Shown here piece by piece: positions 1-8,981 of a stretch of 64,000 nt of DNA. The position numbers and the translations under genes were made by a program. Within the stretch, counting starts at the first letter, position 1; each line of letters opens with the position of its first letter. A model generated the notes under the pieces. It was not told the DNA's origin. It was given only the letters and a program-made list of their open reading frames with translations, and made no database searches. Source of the stretch: Candidatus Hadarchaeales archaeon (GTDB taxonomy: Archaea > Hadarchaeota > Hadarchaeia > Hadarchaeales > Hadarchaeaceae); contig JAVZGN010000003.1 in the NCBI GenBank assembly GCA_038872135.1, positions 18,683 through 82,682 of the forward strand. Direction: 5' to 3'.

Positions 1-24
1 GCCCAATTTTACCTTTTGAGCTCA

Positions 25-112
25 TGGTGCGGGGGAGGGGATTTGAACCCCTGAACTCCTTCGAGACCAGATCTTGAGTCTGGCGCCGTTGACCTGGCTT
101 GGCTACCCCCGC
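25..112 (-). tRNA. tRNA-Leu(CAA), intronless, CCA encoded
   Basis: Reverse complement GCGGGGGTAGCCAAGCCAGGTCAACGGCGCCAGACTCAAGATCTGGTCTCGAAGGAGTTCAGGGGTTCAAATCCCCTCCCCCGCACCA. Acceptor GCGGGGG/CCCCCGC, anticodon arm CCAGA-CTCAAGA-TCTGG, long variable arm, TTCAAAT T-loop. Confidence 0.97.
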
Positions 113-158
113 AATTGAAACTTTTTTCCGCAGATTAATAAGTTAAAGCGGCGAAAGG

Positions 159-1331
159 ATGTTTCAAACGGGCAAGGCCTTCGAGCACATAGACAGGCTC
201 TCCTATGAGATAGGCCCAAGACTTGCAGGGACCAGAGGGGAGCGCATGGGGGCAGATTATGTTCAGCAGCAGTTCAACGAGATGGGTCTCAAGCCGGAAA
301 TTCACCCCTTCACCTTCGTGAGTAGATGGTTGAAGAGAAAGGTTGCAGCGGTTGTCCTTTCAGCGGCCTTTCTTCTCTCTCTGGTCCTCTCCCCGCTGGT
401 TTCCCTCATCCTCTGGGCCATTGCCTGCGCCAGCTGGTTTTTTCTTGATTTCCTCCTCCCAAGAAGAAAGAGCCAGAACATCGTCGTCAGGGTCGGTGAT
501 AAAAACGCTGAGAGAAGGGTTGCGCTTATGGCCCACATTGACACCGCCCCCTGCGGAAAAAGGGTTCATCCATCGGTAAAGATAATTGCGCCTCTCCTCG
601 TCATAATTTTCCTCACACTCCTTGCCGTCCGCCATTTCTATGGTCTCTCCAGATGGGAAGTGATTTGGCTCATCTGCGGAGCGGCAATCTTTCCTCTAAC
701 GGCGATGATTTTCAACAGCGGGAGGATAGGGAAGGTCTCCCCAGGCGCCAATGACGATGCCGCAGGTGTCGCCACCCTTTTAGAAGTCGCGCGGGCCTGG
801 AAGGGAATCCTCCCCCAAAAAACTGAGGCCCTTTTCATCGTGACGGGGGGTGAGGAGGAAGGGCTCAAGGGTGCGAGATCCCTGGTCAGGGAAGGAACTG
901 TCCCAAGAGACACTTGGATTCTAAATCTCGATGGAATAGGGTTCGGCTCCCAGATGTACATCCTGGAAGGCAATGGGATAATTTTTCCCACCACCACAGA
1001 CAAGGAAGTGAACAAGATTCTCATGGAGGCGGCTGAGAGGGCGGGAGCCAAGCCAAGATACTGGTGGGCCCCCCTTGTGCGCCACGACCACATCCCTTTT
1101 GCGAAGGCGGGCTACAGAGCTACAACAATGACCTTCGACACCCCCTCCGAAAGACCCTGGAGATACTCCCGGCTCTTCAAGCTCCAGAACGCTAGGACGA
1201 GAGAATATCCGCACATCCACCAGATGGAGGATCTCCCGGAAAAGCTCGATCCAAAGACAGTGGAGCTGGCCGGAGCAATTGCAATAGAGTTTTTAAAATC
1301 TGCGGGCGGAATAGTTCAGGCGGTAAAATGA
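159..1331 (+). CDS. M28-family zinc peptidase with two inserted transmembrane hairpins
   Basis: M28 motifs AHIDT, PGANDDAAGV, GEEEGLKG, NLDG, HDH and C-terminal HIHQMED; hydrophobic segments at about aa 60-100 and 140-185. Confidence 0.85.
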   Translation: MFQTGKAFEHIDRLSYEIGPRLAGTRGERMGADYVQQQFNEMGLKPEIHPFTFVSRWLKRKVAAVVLSAAFLLSLVLSPLVSLILWAIACASWFFLDFLLPRRKSQNIVVRVGDKNAERRVALMAHIDTAPCGKRVHPSVKIIAPLLVIIFLTLLAVRHFYGLSRWEVIWLICGAAIFPLTAMIFNSGRIGKVSPGANDDAAGVATLLEVARAWKGILPQKTEALFIVTGGEEEGLKGARSLVREGTVPRDTWILNLDGIGFGSQMYILEGNGIIFPTTTDKEVNKILMEAAERAGAKPRYWWAPLVRHDHIPFAKAGYRATTMTFDTPSERPWRYSRLFKLQNARTREYPHIHQMEDLPEKLDPKTVELAGAIAIEFLKSAGGIVQAVK

Positions 1332-1819
1332 AGATTGGAGTGATGTCCGACACCCACGACAGGATCGATGCCGTCGAAAGAGCAGTAGATTTTTTCAATG
1401 GAGAAAATGTCGAGCACGTCCTCCACGCCGGGGATCTCGTTTCCCCATTCGTCGCCCCGAGGTTCTCCAGGCTGAAGGCAAAGCTCTACTATGTGTGGGG
1501 GAACAACGAGGGCGACAGAGAGTTCATCACCACAAAGTTCTCGGAGATCGGGGTGAAGCCTTTGGGAAATTTCGCATCGCTGTTCCTTGGTGGCAGGAAA
1601 ATCGCCCTTCTCCACGGAACCCACGAGGAAATCGTCGGCGCGCTTCAGAGATCCAAGCTCTTCGATGTGATCGTCCGCGGGCACACCCATCGGGCAGAGG
1701 TGAAGACTGGGGAGACCCTGGTGATCAACCCCGGCGAGGTCTGCGGGTACCTCACAGGCAGAAAAACGGTGGCTCTCCTAGATCTCTCAGCACTCTCGGC
1801 GGAAATCGTCGAGATATAG
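1328..1819 (+). CDS. Metallophosphoesterase (YfcE/MJ0936 family)
   Basis: SDTHD, HAGD, GNNE, LLHG and GHTH motifs plus NPGE; 4-nt overlap with the upstream gene. Confidence 0.92.
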   Translation: MKIGVMSDTHDRIDAVERAVDFFNGENVEHVLHAGDLVSPFVAPRFSRLKAKLYYVWGNNEGDREFITTKFSEIGVKPLGNFASLFLGGRKIALLHGTHEEIVGALQRSKLFDVIVRGHTHRAEVKTGETLVINPGEVCGYLTGRKTVALLDLSALSAEIVEI

Positions 1820-1861
1820 ATAACTTTTAACGGAAAGGCACAAAATCGGCTTGGTGGAGAA

Positions 1862-2851
1862 GTGATAGAGCTCTTCATCCTCATCGTGGGCTTTTTTGTA
1901 GCTTGGAACATTGGCGCCAACGACACGGCAAACCATGTCGGCGTGGCCGTCGGAAGCAGGATCCTCTCCTACAGGAGGGCCATCGCTCTCGTGATAATCT
2001 TTGTTATCCTCGGGGCCATCCTCGAGGGTTTTAAAAACATGCAGACGGTTGGGAAGGGGATAATAATCCCGGGACCAAGCGGCGTCAACCCCCTCAAGGA
2101 CGTTCCCCAGGCAGCCCTCTCTGCAATGCTCGCGGCCAGCATCTGGGTCTTCATTGCCACAGTTCTAGGGCTCCCCATTTCAACTTCCCAGTCGATGGTC
2201 GGCGGGGTGATCGGCGCCGGTCTTGTGATAACGATGGCGCATCCAGACATCGGCGCAACCATCCAATATTCAAAGCTTGGGGCGATCGCCGTCTCCTGGG
2301 TTCTGAACCCATTACTCGCCGCGCTTTGGGCCCTCCTGATATCAAAAGCTGTGACTCAGCTCCTCAGGAGGATAAAGAACATCGTCCTCTTCAACCAGGT
2401 TCTCTCAGCCCTCGTGATCATCGCCTCCGCCTACAGCGCATATGTGATGGGGGCCAACGATGTGGGAACATCAACGGGAGCGATCTACGGGAGCCTTGGC
2501 GGTTCAATGGAGCTTGTAGCATTTTTCGGTGCGGTTGCCCTCTGCGTTGGAACCATCACCTTCAGCAGGCGGGTCATTCACACAGTTGGGACGGGGATAA
2601 CTGAACTCCACCCAGCAACAGCTTTCGCCGCACAGTTCGCCACAGCCCTCACCGTCTGGTCTTTTGTCCAGTTTGGCATGCCCGTCTCTACATCTCAGGC
2701 GATTGTGGGGGGAGTGGCTGGAGCAGGTCTAGCAAAGGGCGCGGGAATGGTGAGCAAGAAGAAGCTTTTCCAGATATTCACGGCGTGGGTTGTGACGCCA
2801 CTGGTCGCATGCGCCCTCTCCCTTGGCTTCGGGTGGTTGCTGCTGAGGTGA
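1862..2851 (+). CDS. pit: Inorganic phosphate transporter, PiT family
   Basis: Duplicated signature GANDTAN / GANDV and PISTSQ / PVSTSQ motifs; multiple TM helices. Confidence 0.93.
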   Translation: MIELFILIVGFFVAWNIGANDTANHVGVAVGSRILSYRRAIALVIIFVILGAILEGFKNMQTVGKGIIIPGPSGVNPLKDVPQAALSAMLAASIWVFIATVLGLPISTSQSMVGGVIGAGLVITMAHPDIGATIQYSKLGAIAVSWVLNPLLAALWALLISKAVTQLLRRIKNIVLFNQVLSALVIIASAYSAYVMGANDVGTSTGAIYGSLGGSMELVAFFGAVALCVGTITFSRRVIHTVGTGITELHPATAFAAQFATALTVWSFVQFGMPVSTSQAIVGGVAGAGLAKGAGMVSKKKLFQIFTAWVVTPLVACALSLGFGWLLLR

Positions 2852-2856
2852 TTGGG

Positions 2857-3003
2857 ATGGAGAGCTGGGAAATCCTCTACATCGGCGTCCTTCTAATCGG
2901 CCTTTTGCTGGGGTGGTTAATTTCACCATACATCGGCGCAGCTTTTGTATGGGGGCTTGTGATTCTCCTAGAATTTCTATTTTCCAGAAAGGCTAAGCGG
3001 TGA
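2857..3003 (+). CDS. Small (48 aa) two-TM membrane protein
   Basis: MESWEILYIGVLLIGLLLGWLISPYIGAAFVWGLVILLEFLFSRKAKR; ATG at 2857 preceded by GAGGTGA, 5 nt after the PiT stop. Confidence 0.6.
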   Translation: MESWEILYIGVLLIGLLLGWLISPYIGAAFVWGLVILLEFLFSRKAKR

Positions 3004-3700
3004 TGGTCATCGCCAGGATTGTCATCGAGTCGCTCATGTCTTCAGCGCGGTCTGTGATGTTCCCAAACCTTCTTATAAACTCGATGAGTTGGAAGACGCT
3101 GAGGGGGTCAAACAACTTCTCCAGCTCATAAATGTCGTTGATGAGTGATCCCTCGATCAGATCGACCTGATGCTCTAGGTTGTCAACATCTCTGGCTTTT
3201 CGCAGGGCATCGTCGATGTTGGCGGTTAGGGCCTCAACAGCTTCCTGAAGGAGCTCAACAGTTTCTGTTGTGGTTCCGGCCATTTTCCTCAGCCTGTCCT
3301 TTATGTCTTCGATTTTCCTGCTCTTTTTTCCAGCCTTTTTCAGAGCATCGAAAAGCTGCTTTCTTATCAAAAGAACCCTCATCGCCCCCTCAGCAGTGTC
3401 CGCCACCCTATCAAGCCTTTCAGCGAGCCAGGCTAGGTCTCCACGGAAGGCCGGGAGGAATGCTCCCTGGCTCAGCATTGCTATGAAATCCCTTCGCCCG
3501 CCGTCGGCTTTTGTCTCAAGCTTCGACAGCTCCCTCCCGAGACATTCGGCCTTCTTGATGTCACCGTCAGTGAAATAGGCCTTGACCACCTCCTCAAATT
3601 TCCTAACGACCTCTGTGACAGCTTTTGCATTGTTTTTCAGAATTTCAAGTGCTTTCTGTTCGTTTTTCCCACCAATAATTGAAACGGCGAATACTTCCAA
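2993..3700 (-). CDS. DUF47 / PhoU-like phosphate transport regulator (TIGR00153 type)
   Basis: Two repeats of the helical motif (LETKADGGRR ... LEHQVDLIE), FLPAFRGD and ITDRAED; adjacent to PiT. Confidence 0.88.
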   Translation of the reverse strand: MEVFAVSIIGGKNEQKALEILKNNAKAVTEVVRKFEEVVKAYFTDGDIKKAECLGRELSKLETKADGGRRDFIAMLSQGAFLPAFRGDLAWLAERLDRVADTAEGAMRVLLIRKQLFDALKKAGKKSRKIEDIKDRLRKMAGTTTETVELLQEAVEALTANIDDALRKARDVDNLEHQVDLIEGSLINDIYELEKLFDPLSVFQLIEFIRRFGNITDRAEDMSDSMTILAMTITA

Positions 3701-3719
3701 GGGAACACCTTCAGGGTTA

Positions 3720-4259
3720 TTATACCTCCTTCTTATAAAAACTTACCCTCCTCGGTTTTCTCAAGAGCTTTGATCCACACACCTCGCACTCTCTCTTCGT
3801 GGGTAGATACCACTTCTTGCAGGCCACGCAGTAGCCTCTCCAGATGAACCTGGCTTTTATTCCCTTCATCACTACACTCCTGCATCTTATGCCCAGAGAA
3901 ACCGCAATGTTCTGAATAGCATAATCATCGGTCAGCAACATCCCATCCTCCCGGTGGTCAAGGGCTAGGGCGAGCAGTCTAATATCTGTGGTCGACAGGC
4001 GATCCCCAGTTTTCCTCACCTCCTCCTCAACCCTGTTGAGGGACTCCGGCGAAGGCTCCCTTATTTTTATTTTTTCAGAAGCAATCGCTGCCTCCATCTT
4101 CAGCTTGGTGAGAGTTGCCCTGGCTTCCTCAAGAACCTCTTTGACAGTGAGGATTTCTGCCGTCGACATTGAGGGAGTGAACCCCCCGATGATGGCGGAA
4201 GTGTCCAGGATGAAAATCTTTAAAGCTTTTCCCTCAGCGATGAATAGAAGTCCCTCCAA
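3720..4259 (-). CDS. nob1: Nob1-like rRNA maturation endonuclease (PIN domain + zinc ribbon); start uncertain
   Basis: ILDTSAII, LSTTDI and TDDYAIQN PIN motifs; CVAC...CEVCG zinc ribbon. Confidence 0.9.
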   Translation of the reverse strand: MEGLLFIAEGKALKIFILDTSAIIGGFTPSMSTAEILTVKEVLEEARATLTKLKMEAAIASEKIKIREPSPESLNRVEEEVRKTGDRLSTTDIRLLALALDHREDGMLLTDDYAIQNIAVSLGIRCRSVVMKGIKARFIWRGYCVACKKWYLPTKRECEVCGSKLLRKPRRVSFYKKEV

Positions 4260-5008
4260 GCGTAAAATCTCGCTTTCCTTTCAGATCTTGTAACGGCGAT
4301 TTTCTCCCCGCGCACAAGTTTGCCGGCGATTTTTCCGTCCACAAGCACGATGGCATCTCGATTGTCTCTCGTGGGCTCAATCAACACCTCCTCCTCCGCA
4401 GGAATGACCATCGGCTGAAAACTTCTCCCACACGGACAAATTGATGTCAGAACCATCCCATCGATTTCCGGAGCCACTATCGGCCCATTTGCAGCAAGAG
4501 AATACCCTGTGCTCCCAGTTGGCGTCGCCACAATAAATCCATCCCCAACAACTTCACCGAGGTCTCTCTCTCCAACGCTCACCCTCAAAGCCACAGTTTT
4601 CCCGGTTTTCGCAGAGATCACACAAACCTCGTTTAGGGCATCCGGCAGCCTCCTCCCTTTCAGGATAGATTTTAGCATCATCACCTCCTTGAGTTCAAGT
4701 TTTCCAGATATCATCTCTCTCACAGCCTTTTCCATCTCCTTCGGCTCAACCTGCGCGAGGAAACCCCTTCCGCCGAGATGAATTCCAAGGATAGGGGCAC
4801 CGCGGGCGACGGCTACAGCGCGTAGCACCGTTCCATCCCCGCCAGCGGCAATCACAGCATCGAGCTTTCCCGCGGCTCGGGAACCCTGCGCAAGCTTTTC
4901 CGCCAGCTCCCCCCCAATCACGATCTCATGACCCTTCAAGAGAGCCACAAGTTTTTTAGCAACCTTCACAGTTTCTCTGTCTCCATGCCCGATAATCATT
5001 ATCCGCAT
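4220..5008 (-). CDS. nadK: NAD(+) kinase
   Basis: GGDGT, NE and TPTGSTGYSLA motifs. Confidence 0.93.
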   Translation of the reverse strand: MRIMIIGHGDRETVKVAKKLVALLKGHEIVIGGELAEKLAQGSRAAGKLDAVIAAGGDGTVLRAVAVARGAPILGIHLGGRGFLAQVEPKEMEKAVREMISGKLELKEVMMLKSILKGRRLPDALNEVCVISAKTGKTVALRVSVGERDLGEVVGDGFIVATPTGSTGYSLAANGPIVAPEIDGMVLTSICPCGRSFQPMVIPAEEEVLIEPTRDNRDAIVLVDGKIAGKLVRGEKIAVTRSERKARFYAWRDFYSSLREKL

Positions 5009-5107
5009 GCTCCCTCCATAATCTACCCCGCCGGCGTTTAAAACATGAACCAGCCCAGCAGCACCATCTTTTTAAAACCCCGGAGGTTATGAAAAAGAGG
5101 TGGAGAG

Positions 5108-5503
5108 ATGGCAAGAGAAGTCACCGAAGTCGGGAAATTGAAGGAGGGAAGATTCATAATAATTGACAATGAGCCATGCAGGATAGTTGGCTTCACAACT
5201 TCCGCTCCGGGAAAGCACGGGCACGCTAAGGCCAAGATCGACGCTATCGGGCTTTTCGACTCACAGAAATACACGATCGTCCGCCCGACCAGCGCCACAA
5301 TTGAAGTTCCTGTGATCGAAAGAGGAAGTGCGCAGGTCCTAGCGGTTGTTGAAAATAACGCCCAGCTGATGGACCTTGTGACCTATGAAACCTTTGAACT
5401 CCCGATTCCGATAAACCTCAGGGGAGAGGTCAAAGAAGGCGTGGAAGTCGAGTATATCCAAGCTCTTGGAAGAAGAAAAATAGAAAGAGTAAAAAGTGGT
5501 TAG
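5108..5503 (+). CDS. eif5a: Translation initiation factor aIF-5A
   Basis: Hypusination motif TSAPGKHGHAK; typical length. Confidence 0.97.
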   Translation: MAREVTEVGKLKEGRFIIIDNEPCRIVGFTTSAPGKHGHAKAKIDAIGLFDSQKYTIVRPTSATIEVPVIERGSAQVLAVVENNAQLMDLVTYETFELPIPINLRGEVKEGVEVEYIQALGRRKIERVKSG

Positions 5504-5521
5504 AGTTTTGCTGGAAGCTGT

Positions 5522-5686
5522 TTAAACGTCACAGCCCCTCAGAGTTTTTCTGCCGTTGGCCTTTGCCCTTTCGATAGCTCTCTTGCATCTTCTCTGAATG
5601 AGCGCATCGAGTTCTGTGAAGAAGTCCTCGCTCGCCCTCATGCCCTTCAGCAATCCTCTAACAGCAGATTTCACGATGTACGCCAT
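5522..5686 (-). CDS. Small histone-fold protein (face-to-face / HTkC-like type), 54 aa, absent from ORF track
   Basis: Manual translation MAYIVKSAVRGLLKGMRASEDFFTELDALIQRRCKRAIERAKANGRKTLRGCDV; histone L2 motif RKTL...D; RBS GGAGGTG 6 nt upstream. Confidence 0.88.
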   Translation of the reverse strand: MAYIVKSAVRGLLKGMRASEDFFTELDALIQRRCKRAIERAKANGRKTLRGCDV

Positions 5687-5725
5687 ATCTACACCTCCAT
5701 TATCGGTGTAGCATTAACTCGCGGC

Positions 5726-5734
5726 TATTTAAAA
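5726..5734 (-). promoter_or_regulatory. Probable TATA box of the histone gene
   Basis: TTTTAAATA on the minus strand about 40 nt upstream of the ATG at 5686. Confidence 0.5.
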
Positions 5735-5787
5735 TTATGGAGAAGGGTCCTTTACGAGGATTTGACTCGTTCATCAAGCTACCTCAG

Positions 5788-6084
5788 TCATAGAAAGAAA
5801 GAGCCCCCGGCAACAGGCGGGAATATGGCCACGCTGTCTCCATCTTTCAGCTTTGTGTCTAACCCATTCATAACAGCAATCGCCTGTCCGTTGACAAAGA
5901 TGTTCGTGGCGGTTCTGAGTTTTTTTGTCCCCGGCTCCTCATAGAGGAGCTTGGAGAAATTTTCTCCAAATTTTTCCACGAGGATGTCCAAGAGCTCTCC
6001 AACCGTTTTGGCGCCGGGAATCTCAAGCTGGCCGGTTCCAGCGGCCTCTCTGAAGTTGGCGAAAAGCCGGACCGTTATCCCCAA
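5788..6084 (-). CDS. MoaD/SAMP-family ubiquitin-like protein with C-terminal extension (GG-SFFL)
   Basis: Beta-grasp pattern VRLFANFREAAG...IFVNG...LKDGDSVAIFPPVAGG followed by SFFL-stop. Confidence 0.9.
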   Translation of the reverse strand: MGITVRLFANFREAAGTGQLEIPGAKTVGELLDILVEKFGENFSKLLYEEPGTKKLRTATNIFVNGQAIAVMNGLDTKLKDGDSVAIFPPVAGGSFFL

Positions 6085-6091
6085 AAACCAC

Positions 6092-6313
6092 CTACCTCCC
6101 GGAAATTTTTTTATTCAAATCTTCGATGAGAGCCTTGGAATCTATCCCATACGCCCGCGCAACCTCGCCTATCTTCAGCTCTCCGATTTCCATCGCGGCC
6201 ATTGGGCAGAAGAGGCACGGAAGGCGGTATTTCTGAAGGATTTCAACGGCCCCCGGATAGCTCATTACCTCCTGGAGGGTTGTCTCTTCGGTTATTTCAT
6301 TCTGTTGAGTCAA
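6092..6313 (-). CDS. DUF1858-domain (hybrid-cluster-associated redox disulfide) protein
   Basis: ITEETTLQEV...CLFCPMA...IGEVARAYGID...LIEDLN pattern. Confidence 0.8.
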   Translation of the reverse strand: MTQQNEITEETTLQEVMSYPGAVEILQKYRLPCLFCPMAAMEIGELKIGEVARAYGIDSKALIEDLNKKISGR

Positions 6314-6620
6314 ATATCCACCTCAAGTAATCATTACTGCCCTCAGCAATATTAAATGCTACTATCGCTGGCACCTCATAGGAATGTAGCTCTTTGATCC
6401 TCGAGATGATTTTCCTCACCAGCTCACTCCTAGTTTTCAGGATGACCGCAAATTCTTTCGCCTTCTCAACTTTTCCTTTCCACCGATAAACGGAGGAGAT
6501 GGGGAAGATATTTGCGCATGCTACAAGCTTCTCAGAAACAAGGGTTTCTGCGATTTTCCCCGCTTCGCCCCAGCTGCCGCAGGTTGTATAGACCACAGCA
6601 AAAGCCTTTTTCGCCATCAC
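6297..6620 (-). CDS. cutA: Divalent-cation tolerance protein CutA
   Basis: LVACANI, SVYRWKGK, HSYEVP and YLRW motifs. Confidence 0.95.
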   Translation of the reverse strand: MMAKKAFAVVYTTCGSWGEAGKIAETLVSEKLVACANIFPISSVYRWKGKVEKAKEFAVILKTRSELVRKIISRIKELHSYEVPAIVAFNIAEGSNDYLRWIFDSTE

Positions 6621-6686
6621 TGAAAAATCTCCACTGGCGGTATAAAAACAAGCTCTTTAACCCTTGAGGAAAGTTTTTGGGAGAGA

Positions 6687-7121
6687 ATGAATTGGGTGGT
6701 TTTCCTTCTGAGCCTCGTCCCTTTCCTTGAGCTCAGGGCAGCCATCCCAGCGGCTCTTCTCGCTGGTTACGACCTAGCGTTTGCATTTACCATCTCTACC
6801 ATCCTCAACCTCCTTGTGATTCCCATCGCCTACCTTCTCCTCGATGCAATCGTCCCGCCGCTAAGGAGGAAGATGGAGATCGTGGGGAGAATTTACAGAT
6901 GGTCGGAGAGGAGGGCAAAGAAGAGGAGGGGCATCACCCTCTTCGGGCTTTTCCTCTTTGTAGGAGTTCCACTGCCAGGCACAGGCGCTTACACCGGGAC
7001 GCTGGTGGCCCATGTTCTGGGACTAAAGCGATGGTGGGCAGCGGCCTCCATCTCAGCAGGCGTCATCTTTGCGGGATCAATTCTCTCGGCCTTGATCCTT
7101 TTTGGAGTTTTGATCATTTGA
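6687..7121 (+). CDS. Small multidrug-export-like membrane protein (COG2426 type)
   Basis: PFLELRAAIP and FVGVPLPGTGAYTG motifs. Confidence 0.85.
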   Translation: MNWVVFLLSLVPFLELRAAIPAALLAGYDLAFAFTISTILNLLVIPIAYLLLDAIVPPLRRKMEIVGRIYRWSERRAKKRRGITLFGLFLFVGVPLPGTGAYTGTLVAHVLGLKRWWAAASISAGVIFAGSILSALILFGVLII

Positions 7122-7302
7122 AATCGCTGTCTGGAAAATCAGTGACAGTGACGACAACCACCAGAATAATGACAGCTAGCACAAGTTTTTCGTTTACAAT
7201 CAAAATCGATGGTTAATGGTAGCCTGAGTTCTTACCGAATTTGGCGAACTCCGCCCTCGAGCCCAGAGTTTTAAACCGAAAGAGGCAGAGTATTTTGAGT
7301 TC

Positions 7303-7737
7303 ATGACGTGGGAGTGCAAGCCCGGAAAATCGATTGTGGCGCGCCTACCGTATGGAGAGGACATCATAAAGTCAATCACCTCTGTGGTGAGAGAGAAAAA
7401 AATTTCCCTCGCCCACTTCACGGTTGTCGGTGCGCTGAAGAGAGCAAAGATAGCCTATTACGACCAGGGAGCGAAGGAATATAAGGTGATTGAGATTCAG
7501 AGCCCTCATGAAATCGTCAGCTGTACAGGCAACATTTCAGTCTACAAGGGTGAGCCCTTCGTTCATGCCCATGTGGTTCTCGCCGATCACCAGGGTTTCA
7601 CAAGGGGCGGGCATCTTCTAGAGGGAACGATTTTCGCCGCAGAGCTCCACCTCCAGGAACTGGAGGGACCGAGGCTCGAGCGTTCCCCGGACAAAACTAC
7701 TGGCCTTGTACTTTGGAGGGAGGAGAGATCTCTGTGA
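7303..7737 (+). CDS. PPC/DUF296-domain protein
   Basis: VGAL, EIVSCTGNIS, HAHVVL and GGHL motifs. Confidence 0.9.
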   Translation: MTWECKPGKSIVARLPYGEDIIKSITSVVREKKISLAHFTVVGALKRAKIAYYDQGAKEYKVIEIQSPHEIVSCTGNISVYKGEPFVHAHVVLADHQGFTRGGHLLEGTIFAAELHLQELEGPRLERSPDKTTGLVLWREERSL

Positions 7738-8966
7738 GCGAGTTTGACCTTGTGATAAAAAACGCCCGGCTCAGGGAAGACCCGGCAAAACTTTTCACGA
7801 TCGGGATTAGGGATGGGCGAATTGCCAGGATCTCCTCAGAGAAATCCTCAGGAGACAGAGAGCTCGACGCAAATGGCTGTCTCGTCACAGAGGCCTTCGT
7901 CAATCCCCACCTCCACATGTGCAAGGTCTACACCCTGAAGATGATCGGGGAGGAGGCCATCAAGCTCTATCAGACGCCGGAAATGGGTACGGCGATGACG
8001 GCAATTGAGGTGGCCTCCGAGGTGAAGAGGAGGTATGATGCAAGCTGGATCTACGAGAATGCCAAGCGGGCGCTGATGCTCGCCCTAAAGCATGGGGTTC
8101 TCCACATCAGGGCATTTGTCGACACAGACACGAAGGCAAAGCTCGAAGGGATTAAGGCCCTCCTCAGGCTGAGGGATGATTTCAAGGATTTTGTGAAGAT
8201 TCAGGTTGTTGCCTTCCCCCAGGATGGTGTTGTGAGAGATCCCGGGGCAGAAGAGATGGTGAGGAAAGCTGTGGAGATGGGTGCAGATGTTGTTGGCGGC
8301 ATCCCCTGGATAGAGTTCACAGATGAGGATGCTAAGAAACACGTTGACCTGATGTTCGACATCGCGAAAGAGTACAACAGGGATGTTGCGATGCTCACCG
8401 ATGATGCGGGGGACGCCGGCCTGAGGACAACAGAAATGCTCGTCAGAAGAGCGATAAAGGAGGGATGGAAGGGAAGGGTTGAAATCTGCCACGCGAGGGC
8501 CATGCAGCTCTACCCCGACCCCTACTTCCAGAAGCTTGCGGGCCTCCTGAAGCAGGCAGATGCGGGGGTTGTCTCAGACCCTCACACGGGCCCCCTCCAC
8601 GCAAGGGTTCGGGAGCTTCTCAACGCAGGGGTGACAGTGGCCCTTGGGCAGGATGACATCGCAGACGCTTATTACCCCTACGGGAGGAACTGCATGCTTG
8701 AGGTGGCCTTCCTCGCCTCACACCTCCTCTGGATGACGACCTTCTCTGACATGGAGACCCTTTACAACATGATAACGAGGAACCCGGCCAAGATCTTGAG
8801 GGTCGATGGTTATGGACTCAGGGAAGGGTGCCGGGCTGATCTCGTTGTTCTAGGTGTTGAAAGCGTGTGGGATGCAATCGCCACTCAGGCCATCCCAAGA
8901 TTCGTTGTGAGTGGCGGAAGGGTTGTTGCAGAGACCCACGAGACAACAGAGTATCATCTGAAATAG
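7734..8966 (+). CDS. Amidohydrolase, cytosine deaminase/AtzC-like
   Basis: NPHLH, HARA, LGQDD metal/active-site pattern; GTG start overlaps the DUF296 stop (GTGA). Confidence 0.85.
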   Translation: MSEFDLVIKNARLREDPAKLFTIGIRDGRIARISSEKSSGDRELDANGCLVTEAFVNPHLHMCKVYTLKMIGEEAIKLYQTPEMGTAMTAIEVASEVKRRYDASWIYENAKRALMLALKHGVLHIRAFVDTDTKAKLEGIKALLRLRDDFKDFVKIQVVAFPQDGVVRDPGAEEMVRKAVEMGADVVGGIPWIEFTDEDAKKHVDLMFDIAKEYNRDVAMLTDDAGDAGLRTTEMLVRRAIKEGWKGRVEICHARAMQLYPDPYFQKLAGLLKQADAGVVSDPHTGPLHARVRELLNAGVTVALGQDDIADAYYPYGRNCMLEVAFLASHLLWMTTFSDMETLYNMITRNPAKILRVDGYGLREGCRADLVVLGVESVWDAIATQAIPRFVVSGGRVVAETHETTEYHLK

Positions 8967-8981
8967 CCGCGGGGTATTGAG

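Noticed and set aside
7114-7203. 29-aa hydrophobic minus-strand ORF as a possible rSAM precursor peptide
   Set aside because: TTG start, no RBS, opposite strand to the rSAM operon, and no leader/core structure.
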